The position numbers and the translations under genes are program-made. This document shows positions 1 through 10,074 of a DNA stretch of 33,999 nt, in pieces. Source of the DNA: an uncultured Pseudomonadota bacterium. GTDB lineage: Bacteria; Myxococcota_A; Polyangia; Fen-1088. The stretch's first letter is position 1, and every line of letters begins with the position of its first letter. The stretch is from the NCBI GenBank assembly GCA_963847705.1, contig CAWKBC010000004.1:1-33999 (forward strand), in the 5' to 3' direction. A model generated the notes under the pieces. That model did no database searches, was not told where the DNA came from, and worked only from the letters and a program-made list of their open reading frames with translations.

Positions 1-54
1 TTCCTCGATCCCGACGGCGAGGCGCCCTCCGCGGTCGCCCAGCAAGCGGCCTGA
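1..54 (+). CDS. 3' end of an upstream gene (product unknown)
   Basis: Frame 1 reads FLDPDGEAPSAVAQQAA* with GC-rich codons; TGA at 52-54. Confidence 0.5.
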   Translation, partial: FLDPDGEAPSAVAQQAA

Positions 55-73
55 TCGGAATAACGGTGACAAC

Positions 74-1069
74 CTACGTCAGCACGATGCCTGTCTTCGC
101 CGCGCAATAGACTCGTTCCCGAGCCTGCTCGACGACGCGCCGATTGTAGCGGGCCAGCATTGGCTGGTTGTTCTTCGTCACCGTCACATTGATCGTGGCC
201 TGCGGCCGCTGCCGCCAGGCGGCTAGCGCATGCGCTACAAACGCCGGCGCGGCGCGGCCTTCAACCAAGGTCGCGGCGTCGGCGAAAATATAGTCCACGA
301 AGGCGGTGGCGCACAGATTGAAGGACATCGCCATGTGCGGGCCATCTGGAATGGGCTGACAATAGCTTCGATCCGAGAGCAGGCAGACGTCTTGGTCGTA
401 AGTCCAGACAAAGGCAGCGGCCTGCGTGTCGCGCGCCTCAAACAGCCCCTTGATCATGCCTTCGAACAGGTTCGGCCGGACATCCCCGGTCTGCATCAAC
501 AGAACGAAGATCAGCCGGAGCCACTCGACATAGGTCTCCTGCGATACGTCGAGTTGCCGGCACAGGTGAGCCTGATGCGGCTTTTGTCCGTTGATGATCA
601 GTCGATAGACAGCGAGGAGCTCCGGGTCGGTTGGCTCGTACTGTCCAACGCCGGGAAAGCTGTTCAACACCTTCTGGATGCAGAAGGGATTGCGGACGAA
701 ATTCAGCAGCTTCGCGGTGAACAGGTCGATGAGCTCGGTCTTGATGTCTGCGCTGCCCGCCGCCAGCTTCTCTAGCAGGCCTTTGGTATGGATCGCGACG
801 TTCGCTTCGTACTTGTGGAACAGCGCCTCGAGGTTCATGCGCAGCGGGCCACCTCCTGGCACGTCGAAGCTGAAGAGGTCCAGCATCGACAAGGCCGATG
901 CGATTGCACGCCCGCGGGGAGCCTCCAGCTCAATCCGGTAAGCCTCTCGATCCGTGATCCGAAACGAATAGATTCGGAACTTGCCGCTGGTGCTGTCCGG
1001 GTTGCTCGCGTTTAGCTTCTGCTCAACCTGCGGCACGAAGTGCTGATTGCGTGTCTCGTTGCCGCGCAT
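74..1069 (-). CDS. DUF4238-like protein (331 aa), possible defence cargo
   Basis: ORF 74..1117; likelier start MRGNETRNQHFVPQ at 1069. The N-terminal QHFVPQ resembles the HHYVP motif of DUF4238 proteins. Orientation is opposite to the backbone. Confidence 0.65.
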   Translation of the reverse strand: MRGNETRNQHFVPQVEQKLNASNPDSTSGKFRIYSFRITDREAYRIELEAPRGRAIASALSMLDLFSFDVPGGGPLRMNLEALFHKYEANVAIHTKGLLEKLAAGSADIKTELIDLFTAKLLNFVRNPFCIQKVLNSFPGVGQYEPTDPELLAVYRLIINGQKPHQAHLCRQLDVSQETYVEWLRLIFVLLMQTGDVRPNLFEGMIKGLFEARDTQAAAFVWTYDQDVCLLSDRSYCQPIPDGPHMAMSFNLCATAFVDYIFADAATLVEGRAAPAFVAHALAAWRQRPQATINVTVTKNNQPMLARYNRRVVEQARERVYCAAKTGIVLT

Positions 1070-1139
1070 GCTGTGACGTCTGTCCCCCTTGCTCCGGATC
1101 GTAGCATAGGCCGCCACCGAGGTGGCAGCCGACGGCCCC

Positions 1140-1224
1140 GAGAGGAAGAGGGCTGCGCCGGTTTTCGCGGCGGGTTGGAGGTCGAGAGAGAGTCTCTTGG
1201 CCGCCCGCCGCGGAGACTACCCCC
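1140..1224 (+). promoter_or_regulatory. Structured leader, family A copy 1 (GAGAGGAAGAGG...GAGAGAGAG-capped hairpin)
   Basis: CGCGGCGGG 1166-1174 pairs with CCCGCCGCG 1204-1212; inner stem GGTCGAGAGA/TCTCTTGGCC; directly upstream of the parB-like ATG. Related to 4436-4531. Confidence 0.55.
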
Positions 1225-3357
1225 ATGGCTACTGCCGTTCAGAAGATCACCCTGTCGTCCTCGCGCGACATTCCCTTCAACAAGCTGGTGCTCAGCCAGT
1301 CGAACGTCCGGCGCGTGAAGGCCGGCGTCTCGATCGAGGAGCTGGCCGAGGACATCGCCCGGCGCACGCTGCTCCAGGGCCTGAACGTCCGGCCGGTCCT
1401 CGACGCCGAGGGCGCCGAGACCGGCATGTTCGAGATCCCGGCCGGCGGCCGGCGCTACCGGGCGCTCGAACTGCTGGTGAAGCAGAAGCGCCTGGCGAAG
1501 ACCGCGCCGGTCCCGTGCGTGGTCCGCGATCCCGGCACCGACATCCTCGGCGAGGACGACTCGCTGGCCGAGAACATCCAGCGTGCGCCGCTGCATCCGC
1601 TCGACCAGTTCCGCGCCTTCCAGGCCCTGCGCGAGAAGGGGCGCTCCGAGGAGGACATCGCCGCGGCGTTCTTCGTCGGTGTGAACGTCGTGAAGCAGCG
1701 CCTGCGCCTGGCGTCGGTCGCGCCGACCCTGCTCGACATCTACGCCGAGGACGGCATGTCGCTCGAGCAGCTCATGGCCTTCACCGTCACGGCCGACCAT
1801 GCCCGCCAGGAGCAGGTCTGGCAGGCGATCTCCGGCTCCTGGCAGAAGGAGCCCTATCAGATCCGCCGCATGCTGACGGAGAAGACGGTGCGCGCCTCCG
1901 ACCGGCGGGCGGTGTTCGTCGGTCTCGACGCCTATGAGGCGGCCGGCGGCGTGGTGCTGCGCGACCTGTTCCAGTCCGACGATGGCGGCTGGCTCGAAGA
2001 CATCGCGCTGCTCGACGGCCTGGTCGCCGAGAAACTGAAGGCCGAGGCGGAGACGATCGCCGCCGAGGGCTGGAAGTGGATCGAGGTCGCCATCGACTTC
2101 CCCTACGGCCACACCCACGGCCTGCGCGAACTGGAGGGCGTCGCCGCCGATCTCACCAGCGAGGAGCAGGCGACGATCGACGCGCTGAACGCCGAATACG
2201 CCAAGCTGGAGGAGGAGTATGACGGCGCCGACGAGCTGCCGGACGAGGTGGACGAACGCCTCGGCGAGATCGAGGCGGCGCTCGCCGCCTTCGACGATCG
2301 GCCCGTCACCTATGATCCGGCCGACATCGCCCGCGCCGGCGTCTTCGTCAGCATCGATGCCGAAGGCGCGCTGTCGGTCGACCGCGGCTACGTCCGGCCG
2401 CAGGACGAGGCGCCCGTGGGCGAGCCGGAGCAGGACGGCGAGACCGATCCCGCGACGGCTGGAGCGGACCACATCGATCCGGACGCGCCCGTGGTTCAGC
2501 GCGCCGTCATCACCATCGGCGGGCAGGTCGCCGGGCCGGAGGATGAGGACGACGAGGACCTGAAGCCGCTCCCGGATCGCCTCGTGACCGAGCTGACCGC
2601 GGAGCGGACGCTGGCGCTGCGCGACAAGCTGGCGAACACGCCCGCCGTCGCGTTCCAGGCCGTGCTGCACAAGTTCTGCCTCGACGTCTTCTCCCGTTAC
2701 TTCTCCTACGGGACGGCGATGGAGGTGTCGGTGCGCAGCGCCAGCTTCCCGGTGCAGGCGCAGGGGCTGAAGGACACGCCCGCGGCCAAGGCGATCGATG
2801 CGCGCCACAAGGCTTGGGAAGAGCGGCTGCCCAAGGACAAGGCCGATCTCTGGGACTGGCTCACCACCCTCACCGGCGACGAGCAGGCGACGCTCTTCGC
2901 CCATTGCGCCTCCTTCGGCGTCAATGCGCTCTACGAGAAGGGCGACCGCTACGGCGCCGGCGTCTCGTCCCACACCGTCGAGCAGCGCATCGCCGAGGCC
3001 GATCGCCTGGCCCAGGCCGTCGATCTCGACATGGTGCAGGCCGGCTGGCGTCCGACCGTCGAGAACTATCTCGGCCGGGTGCCCAAGCGCCGCATCCTCG
3101 AGGCGGTGCAGGAAGGCGCCGGCGAGCGGGCGGCGCAGCTCATCGACCACCTGAAGAAGGGCGACATGGCCAAGGAGGCCGAACGGCTCCTGGCCGACAC
3201 CGGCTGGCTGCCGGAGCCGCTGCGGATCGCCGCCGCGGACGACGCGCCCGTCGAAGCCGCCGAAGCCGAGGACGACGGCGAAGCGCTGCCGGAATTCCTC
3301 GCCGGCGACGACGAGGAAGCGGAGGCCGACGCGCCGCAGGTGATCGCGGCCGAATAG
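1225..3357 (+). CDS. ParB/RepB/Spo0J-family protein (710 aa, ICE type)
   Basis: N-terminal ParB domain with NVRR, AGGRRYRAL (GxxRxxA) and ENIQR motifs, then an HTH (EEDIAAAFFV); acidic C-terminus; frame intact. Confidence 0.9.
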   Translation: MATAVQKITLSSSRDIPFNKLVLSQSNVRRVKAGVSIEELAEDIARRTLLQGLNVRPVLDAEGAETGMFEIPAGGRRYRALELLVKQKRLAKTAPVPCVVRDPGTDILGEDDSLAENIQRAPLHPLDQFRAFQALREKGRSEEDIAAAFFVGVNVVKQRLRLASVAPTLLDIYAEDGMSLEQLMAFTVTADHARQEQVWQAISGSWQKEPYQIRRMLTEKTVRASDRRAVFVGLDAYEAAGGVVLRDLFQSDDGGWLEDIALLDGLVAEKLKAEAETIAAEGWKWIEVAIDFPYGHTHGLRELEGVAADLTSEEQATIDALNAEYAKLEEEYDGADELPDEVDERLGEIEAALAAFDDRPVTYDPADIARAGVFVSIDAEGALSVDRGYVRPQDEAPVGEPEQDGETDPATAGADHIDPDAPVVQRAVITIGGQVAGPEDEDDEDLKPLPDRLVTELTAERTLALRDKLANTPAVAFQAVLHKFCLDVFSRYFSYGTAMEVSVRSASFPVQAQGLKDTPAAKAIDARHKAWEERLPKDKADLWDWLTTLTGDEQATLFAHCASFGVNALYEKGDRYGAGVSSHTVEQRIAEADRLAQAVDLDMVQAGWRPTVENYLGRVPKRRILEAVQEGAGERAAQLIDHLKKGDMAKEAERLLADTGWLPEPLRIAAADDAPVEAAEAEDDGEALPEFLAGDDEEAEADAPQVIAAE

Positions 3358-3362
3358 CCCGC

Positions 3363-3440
3363 GCGCGGGGCGGCTTCGGCCGTCCCGCGTCCTTTCCACA
3401 TCCATCCACCCAAGAGCCCGGCCCGCGCGCCGGGCTCTTG
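3363..3440 (+). terminator. Tandem hairpins after the parB-like gene (terminator or processing site)
   Basis: GCGCGGGGCGGC-TTCG-GCCGTCCCGCGT (3363-3390) and a perfect 12-bp stem CAAGAGCCCGGC/GCCGGGCTCTTG (3411-3440); only a weak U-tract follows. Confidence 0.45.
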
Positions 3441-3458
3441 GCATTTCAGGAGGGCCGC

Positions 3459-3875
3459 ATGCCCATATTCACCATTGAAACGACCTACCGCCTGCCGGTC
3501 TACCGGCAGCGTAGCTATGAGGCGGAAACCCTCGACGCCGCCTGTGCGCTCGCTATCGCCGACGAGGGCTGGGACGACGAGAAATCCGACGTCGAGACTT
3601 CCGGCGACACCTATGTCACCGGCGCCTGGGACGGGCGCGACGCCGCCTATCGCGGCAGGGCGCTCAGCATCCCGTCGCAGTTCGGCGAACAGGTCCAGCG
3701 CAAGGCCGACCATTTCGAGGTGCTGCTCGGCCTGCTCAAGGTCTTCGCGCACGCGCCGGACGCGGAACCGGCCGACGGTCCGTTCTGGCGTCAGCGCCTG
3801 GACGCGGCGATCGCCAAGGCCGAGGCGATTCTCGCGGGCGAGCCTGATCCTCAAGCGGCGGGAGGCGCGTCATGA
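3459..3875 (+). CDS. Hypothetical protein (138 aa)
   Basis: AGGAGG RBS at 3448-3453, ATG 3459 (MPIFTIETTYRLPVY...); stop overlaps the next ATG (ATGA). Confidence 0.8.
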   Translation: MPIFTIETTYRLPVYRQRSYEAETLDAACALAIADEGWDDEKSDVETSGDTYVTGAWDGRDAAYRGRALSIPSQFGEQVQRKADHFEVLLGLLKVFAHAPDAEPADGPFWRQRLDAAIAKAEAILAGEPDPQAAGGAS

Positions 3876-4363
3876 CCGAGTATGTCGTGAAGGTCGGCTT
3901 CTGGCTGCGCGCCTACGACAGCGTCACGGTCGAGGCGGATGCCGACGCCGAAGCGATCGAGAAGGCCAAGATCGCCGCGACGACGGCGATGGCGTCGACC
4001 GCTCATCCCGAGCATGTCGAGTTTGACGAGCGACGCGAGGGCGTCATCGCCTTCATCGACCGGGTCGCGCCGGACGGCCGCGAACCTGTGGTCGAGGATG
4101 TCGCGTTCGACGACGATCGCATCCATCCGGACGGCGCGCCCTCTCGCGCCGATAAGGAGACACAGCCCCGCCGTGTCGTCTTCGCCTACCGCGTGCCCGT
4201 CCATGTCGAGGTCGAGGACGGGCTGGTCTGCCGCGTCACCGTCATCGACGAAACGCCGGTCGCCGATCCGACTGTCGTGGAAGGCGACGCCGGCTACCTC
4301 GCCGAAGCGGTCGCCGCCGCGGACGACGGCCAGGCCTGGCCGTCCTGGCAGTTCGGATACTGA
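3872..4363 (+). CDS. Hypothetical acidic protein (163 aa)
   Basis: GGAGG upstream, ATGA coupling, typical codon usage, followed by a terminator. Confidence 0.8.
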   Translation: MTEYVVKVGFWLRAYDSVTVEADADAEAIEKAKIAATTAMASTAHPEHVEFDERREGVIAFIDRVAPDGREPVVEDVAFDDDRIHPDGAPSRADKETQPRRVVFAYRVPVHVEVEDGLVCRVTVIDETPVADPTVVEGDAGYLAEAVAAADDGQAWPSWQFGY

Positions 4364-4379
4364 TGATCGCCATAGCCTC

Positions 4380-4412
4380 GGCGCCCCACCATCCAGTGGG
4401 GCGCCTTTTCTT
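4380..4412 (+). terminator. Rho-independent terminator
   Basis: GGCGCCCCAC 4380-4389 / GTGGGGCGCC 4396-4405 followed by TTTTCTT. Confidence 0.75.
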
Positions 4413-4435
4413 ATGTCGGCCACGGCCGCGACGCT

Positions 4436-4531
4436 GAGAGGGAGAGGTCGGCCGGGACGGGTTTGAGCCGGTGCGGTCCGAGAGAGAGCGCCGGCCGGCT
4501 CGCCCGTTCCCGCTCTCCCGAGGCTCCCTTC
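4436..4531 (+). promoter_or_regulatory. Structured leader, family A copy 2
   Basis: GAGAGGGAGAGG start; nested stems GGAGAG 4441-4446/CTCTCC 4513-4518, GGGACGGG 4454-4461/CCCGTTCCC 4503-4511, GAGCCGG 4465-4471/CCGGCTC 4495-4501; GAGAGAGAG near the apex. Confidence 0.55.
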
Positions 4532-7500
4532 ATGAACGACCTTTCTCCGATCGCGGCCGACCAGGCCGCGCCGCTGTCGCCTGTCCCTCATCCCGACGCC
4601 GCCGGCGCGATCATCGCCGCCGCCCAGCAACTCCTCCCACATCTCGAGCGCGGCCAGCGCGTCGACGCCGCGATCCTGCGCGCCGCCATGGAAGCGGCTT
4701 TCGGCGCCTCCGACGCCTCCGGCGCCTGGGACTGGAAGACGGCCTATGACGCCTGCGAGGCCGCGACCGTCCTCTTCCTGCGCAAATACGGAAAGGCGCT
4801 GTTCCGCAAAGCCGACTCTCCGGCTTCCCGGCTTTCCGCCCTGGCCAAGATCGCGAGCCTTCTGCCGACCCATACCCGCCGCTCCGCCGGAGAGCCAGGC
4901 CTTCCAGCAATTCTCGACGCCGATCCCGCTCGGCCTCGCGGCGCTGACCGCCGCCGCCATCGGGCCTGCCGACCGCGTGCTGGAGCCTTCGGCCGGAACC
5001 GGCCTCCTCGCCATCCTCGCCGAGATCGCCGGCGGCGCGCTCGTGCTCAACGAATTGGCCGAGACCCGGTCGGCGCTGCTCTCCTCCCTGTTTCCGGCCG
5101 TTTCCGTCACGCGCTTCGACGCCGCGCAGATCGACGATCATCTCGATCCCGGCGTCGCGTCCCAGCGTCGTGCTCATGAACCCGCCTTTCTCGGTCGATG
5201 GCCCATGTCGCGGGCCGCGTGGCCGACGCCGCCTTTCGCCATATCGCCTCGGCCCTCGCGCGTCTCGCCGACGGCGGGCGGCTCGTCGCGATCACCGGCG
5301 CCAACTTCGTCGCCCGAAGCCCCGGCCTGGCGCGACGCCTTCGTCCGTCTGCAGGAGCGCGGCCGCGTCGTGTTCACCGCCGCGATCGACGGCGCGGTCT
5401 ATGCCAAGCACGGCACGACGATCGAAACGCGCCTGACCGTCATCGACAAGGCGCCCGGCCGAGAATCCGGCAGCGCTGCCCGCATTGCGCGGGCGTCGCG
5501 CCCGACGTCGCGACTTTGCTCGGCTGGATCGATGAGCAAGTTCCGTCCCGCCTGCCGCTCGCGAAGGCCTCGCCATCCCGATGTCGGCTGCCGCCGCGCC
5601 GCGGACCGTGCGCGGCTATCTCGCGCGCGCGCGCCATGGCGCGGCCTTCCAGCCGTCCTTCGCGGATCCGCGGCGGTCGAACTCGGCTATGAGACGATCG
5701 ACTGGACGCCGCCCGAGGGCGCGCGTCTCAGCGACGCGATCTATGAGACATACCGGCTCCAATCGATCCGCATTCCCGGCGCGCAGGCCGCACCCGACCA
5801 AGCTGGTGCAATCGGCCGCCATGGCCTCGGTCGCGCCGCCGAAGCCGAGCTATCGGCCGCGCCTGCCGACAATCTCGTCAGCGACGCGCTTCTCTCCGAC
5901 GCCCAGCTCGAGACGGTGATCTATGCCGGCGAGGCTCATGGCGAGTATCTCGCCGGCGCCTGGACCGTGGACGAGACCTTCGATCTCGTCACCGCCGCGC
6001 GCCGACGATGCGCCGAACGCCGTCCGCTTTCGCCGCGGCTTCATGCTCGGCGACGGCACCGGCGCCGGCAAGGGCCGCCAGTCGGCCGGCATCATCCTCG
6101 ACAACTGGCTGCAGGGCCGGCGCAAGGCGGTCTGGATCTCGAAGTCCGACAAGCTGCTCGAGGACGCCCAGCGCGACTGGTCGGCGCTCGGCATGGAGCG
6201 CCTGCTCGTCACGCCGCTCTCGCGCTTCCCCCAGGGCACGCCGATCCGGCTGGCCGAAGGCGTCCTATTTTTAACCTACGCTACGCTGCGGTCCGACGAC
6301 CGCGGCGAGAAGCTTTCGCGCGTCCGCCAGATCGTCGAATGGTTGGGCTCCGATTTCGACGGAGTGATCATTTTCGACGAGAGCCACGCCATGCAGAACG
6401 CCGGTGGCGGCAAGGGAGAACGGGGCGATGTCGCGCCCTCGCAGCAGGGCCGTGCGGGCTTGCGCCTGCAGCACGCCCTGCCGGACGCCCGCGTCGTCTA
6501 TGTCTCGGCGACCGGCGCCACCACGGTCCACAATCTCGCCTATGCCCAGCGGCTCGGCCTCTGGGGCGGCGAGGATTTTCCCTTCGCCACCCGCGCCGAG
6601 TTCGTCGAGGCGATCGAGGACGGCGGCGTCGCCGCCATGGAGGTGCTCGCCCGCGATCTCCGGTCGCTCGGTCTCTACACCGCCCGATCGCTCTCCTATG
6701 ACGGCGTCGAATACGAGCTGATCGAGCACCAGCTCACGCGACGAGCAGCGGCGCATCTACGACGCCTATGCCGGCGCCTTCGCCATCATCCACAATCATC
6801 TCGACGCGGCGATGCAGGCCGCCAACATCACCGGCGAGAGCGGCACGCTGAACCGGCAGGCGAAGTCGGCCGCCCGCTCGGCCTTCGAGAGCGCCAAGCA
6901 GCGCTTCTTCGGCCATCTGCTGACCTCGATGAAGACGCCGACGCTGATCCGCTCGATCGATCAGGACCTCGCCGACGGCCATGCCGCCGTCGATCCAGAT
7001 CGTCTCGACCGGCGAAGCGCTGATGGAGCGCCGGCTCGCCGAGATTCCGACCGAGGAATGGAACGACATCCGCGTCGACATCACGCCGCGCGAGTATGTC
7101 CTCGACTATCTCGCCCATTCCTTCCCGGTGCAGCTCTACGAGCCGTTCACCGACAGCGAGGGCAATCTCTCGTCGCGGCCCGTCTTCCGGGACGGCCAGC
7201 CCGTCGAGAGCCGCGAGGCCGTCGCCCGCCGCAATGAGCTGATCGAGCGGCTGGCTTCGCTGCCGCCCGTTCCCGGCGCGCTCGACCAGATCGTCCAGCG
7301 CTTCGGCACGGACCTGGTCGCCGAAGTGACCGGCCGCTCGCGCCGCGTCGTGCGCAAGGGCGACCGCCTCGTCGTCGAGAACCGCGCGGCCTCCGCCAAT
7401 CTCGCCGAGACCGCCGCCTTCATGGATGACCTGAAGCGCATCCTGGTGTTCTCGGACGCGGGCGGCACGGGCCGCAGCTATCACGCCGAACTGTCGGCGC

Positions 7501-8878
7501 GGAACCGGCGGCTGCGCGTCCATTATCTGCTCGAACCCGGCTGGAAGGCCGACGCCGCGATCCAGGGCCTCGGCCGGACCAACCGCACCAACCAGGCGCA
7601 GCCGCCGCTCTTCCGGCCGATCGCGACCGACGTGAAGGCCGAGAAGCGCTTCCTCTCGACCATCGCCCGCCGGCTCGACACGCTGGGCGCGATCACGCGC
7701 GGCCAGCGCCAGACCGGCGGCCAGGGCCTGTTCCGGCCCGAGGACAATCTGGAATCCGCACTACGCCCGCGACGCGCTGCGCCAGCTCTACATGCTGCTC
7801 GTGCGCGGCAAGATCGAGGGCTGCTCGCTCCAGATGTTCGAGGACGCCACGGGCCTCAAGCTCATGGACGCGAACGGCATCAAGGACGAGCTGCCGCCGA
7901 TCACGACCTTCCTCAACCGCCTGCTGGCGCTCACCATCGAGCTGCAGGGCGTGCTGTTCACGGCGTTCGAGCAGTTGCTGAACGCCAAGATCGAAGGCGC
8001 CATCGCCAGCGGCGTCTATGACGTCGGCCTGGAGACGCTGCGGGCCGAGAGCTTCGTCGTCACCGACCGCCGCACGATCTACACCCATCCCGGCGACGGG
8101 CGCGGAGACCCGGCTGCTCACCATCACCGAGCGCCGGCGCAATCGCCCGGTGACGCTCGATGAGGCGCTGGACCATCTCGCCGATCCCCGCGCCGTGCTG
8201 CTGGTCAACGACGCGCTCGGGCCGCGCCGCCGTGCAGATCCCGGCGCCGAGCCTGATGCTCGACGATGGCGAGATCGAACGCCGCGTGCGGCTGATCCGG
8301 CCGATGGAGCACCATCACGCCTCGCTGAAGATGATGGACGAGAGCCACTGGCAGGCGGCGGAGCGCGAGGCCTTCGCCACCGCATGGGCTCGCGAAGTCG
8401 CCGAGGTCCCCGAGTTCGCCGACAGCACGATCCATATCGTCGCCGGCCTGCTGCTGCCGATCTGGAAGCGCCTGCCGAACGAAATCGACGCGCGTCTATC
8501 GCCTCCAGACCGACGCCGGCGAGCGCATCATCGGCCGCAGGGTCTCGCCCGCCTGGGCGGCGAACGCGTCCGTGACCGGGACCACCGCCCTGACGCCGGA
8601 CGCGGCCTTCGCGGCGCTGATGGAGGGCCGCACCGTTCTCGACCTCGCCGAGGGCCTGCAACTCCATCGCGCGCGCGTCATGGGCGCTCATCGCATCGAG
8701 CTGTCGGGCTTCACCGACACGATGCGCGACCGCCTGCGCGCCTACGGCCTCTTCAGCGAGATCATCTCGTGGAAGCTGCGCATGTTCGTGCCGACCGACG
8801 CGACCGGCGCCGGCGTGCTGGCGAAGGTGCTCGACCACTATCCGGCTCGAGCGCATCGGCGAGCGGGAGGCCGCGTGA
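4532..8878 (+). CDS. N6-adenine methyltransferase / strawberry-notch SF2 helicase fusion (about 1440 aa; many frameshifts, probably artefactual)
   Basis: Fragments in changing frames carry VLEPSAGTG (MTase motif I), NPPF (motif IV), GDGTGAGKGR (Walker A), IIFDESH (DExH), EVTGRS and AIQGLGRTNRTNQ (strawberry-notch C-terminal helicase). Ends ...REAA* at TGATG 8876-8880. Confidence 0.85.
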
Positions 8879-9933
8879 TGGCACGCCACGACGCCTCCGA
8901 ACTGGCCCACCGTCTCGCGCGCGACGCCGAGGCGGTGTGCCGCCACTACCTCTCCGCCGGCCGCCGCGAAGGCGGCTACTGGCTCGTGGGCGACGTCCGC
9001 AACACGCCGGGCCGCTCGATGTTCGTTCGGCTCAAGGAGTCGCCGAAAGGGCCGGCCGGCAAATGGACCGACGCCGCGACCGGCGAGCATGGCGATCTGC
9101 TCGACGTGATCCGGGAAAGCTGCGGCCTGGTCGACTTCAAGGACGTCGCCGATGAGGCACGTTCGTTCCTCAGCCTGCCGCACCCTGAGCCTGAGCCGGA
9201 TCGTCCCCGATCGCGAACGCCCAGCGCTCCAACCGGATCGCCGGAGGCGGCACGGCGACTGTTCGCCATGTCGCAGCCGATCGAACGCACTCTCGTAGAA
9301 GCGTATCTCCGTAATCGCGGCATTACGGCTTTGCACGGAACCGGAAGCCTGCGCTTCCACCCGCGCTGCTACTATCGGCCGGACGACCACAGCCCGACCG
9401 AGACCTGGCCGGCGATGATCGCCGCCGTCACCGATCTCGCCGGCCATCTGACCGGCGCGCATCGCACCTGGCTCGATCCCGGCGGCTTCACCGAGGCGAC
9501 GCTCGGCAAGGCGCCGATCGACACGCCGAGACGGGCGATGGGCGACCTTCTCGGTCACGCCGTTCGATTTGGCGTGGCGGGCGAGGTCATGGCGGCCGGC
9601 GAGGGCATCGAGACGATGCTGTCGCTCAGATGCGTCTTGCCGACCATGCCGATGGTCGCAGCCCTCTCGGCGGCGCATCTCTCCGCCATCCTGTTCCCGG
9701 ACACGCTGCGGCGACTCTACATCGCCCGCGACGACGATCCCGCCGGCGACGGCGCGATGGCGACATTGATCGACCGGGCGCAGGAGGCCGGGATCGAGGC
9801 GATCGTGATCTCGCCACGGCTCGGCGACTTCAACGAGGATCTCCGCCTGCTCGGGATCGACGCGCTTCGGGCGGCAAGCCGGGTGCAGATCGCGGCGCAG
9901 GACGTCGCCCGCTTCATGGAACTGGCGGCATAG
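8878..9933 (+). CDS. TOPRIM-domain primase-like protein (351 aa)
   Basis: MARHDASELA... coupled by TGATG; GKWTDAATGEHGDLLD N-terminal region, YLRNRGI, AGEGIET and DDDPAG toprim motifs, GDFNEDL. Confidence 0.88.
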   Translation: MARHDASELAHRLARDAEAVCRHYLSAGRREGGYWLVGDVRNTPGRSMFVRLKESPKGPAGKWTDAATGEHGDLLDVIRESCGLVDFKDVADEARSFLSLPHPEPEPDRPRSRTPSAPTGSPEAARRLFAMSQPIERTLVEAYLRNRGITALHGTGSLRFHPRCYYRPDDHSPTETWPAMIAAVTDLAGHLTGAHRTWLDPGGFTEATLGKAPIDTPRRAMGDLLGHAVRFGVAGEVMAAGEGIETMLSLRCVLPTMPMVAALSAAHLSAILFPDTLRRLYIARDDDPAGDGAMATLIDRAQEAGIEAIVISPRLGDFNEDLRLLGIDALRAASRVQIAAQDVARFMELAA

Positions 9934-10074
9934 CCGGAACGGGATGAGAGGCGGTTCGCCGGCGTCGTCGCCACAGGGTCGGCGGTCATGCTTTCCTCAG
10001 CGTCGGAGAGGACCACGCCCACGGCCTTCTGAGAGGGCGATCGGGCAGCAAGCGGCCCGGACCGGCAACCTTGT

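Noticed and set aside
1012-3444. 810-aa minus-strand ORF and similar long antisense ORFs (7693..9678, 29413..30498, 32807..33925)
   Set aside because: Shadow frames of GC-rich genes; the plus strand carries recognisable family motifs and these ORFs carry none.
8572-9933. 453-aa ORF as one fusion protein
   Set aside because: Its first part is the helicase C-terminus joined by an insertion; the toprim gene starts at the TGATG at 8878.
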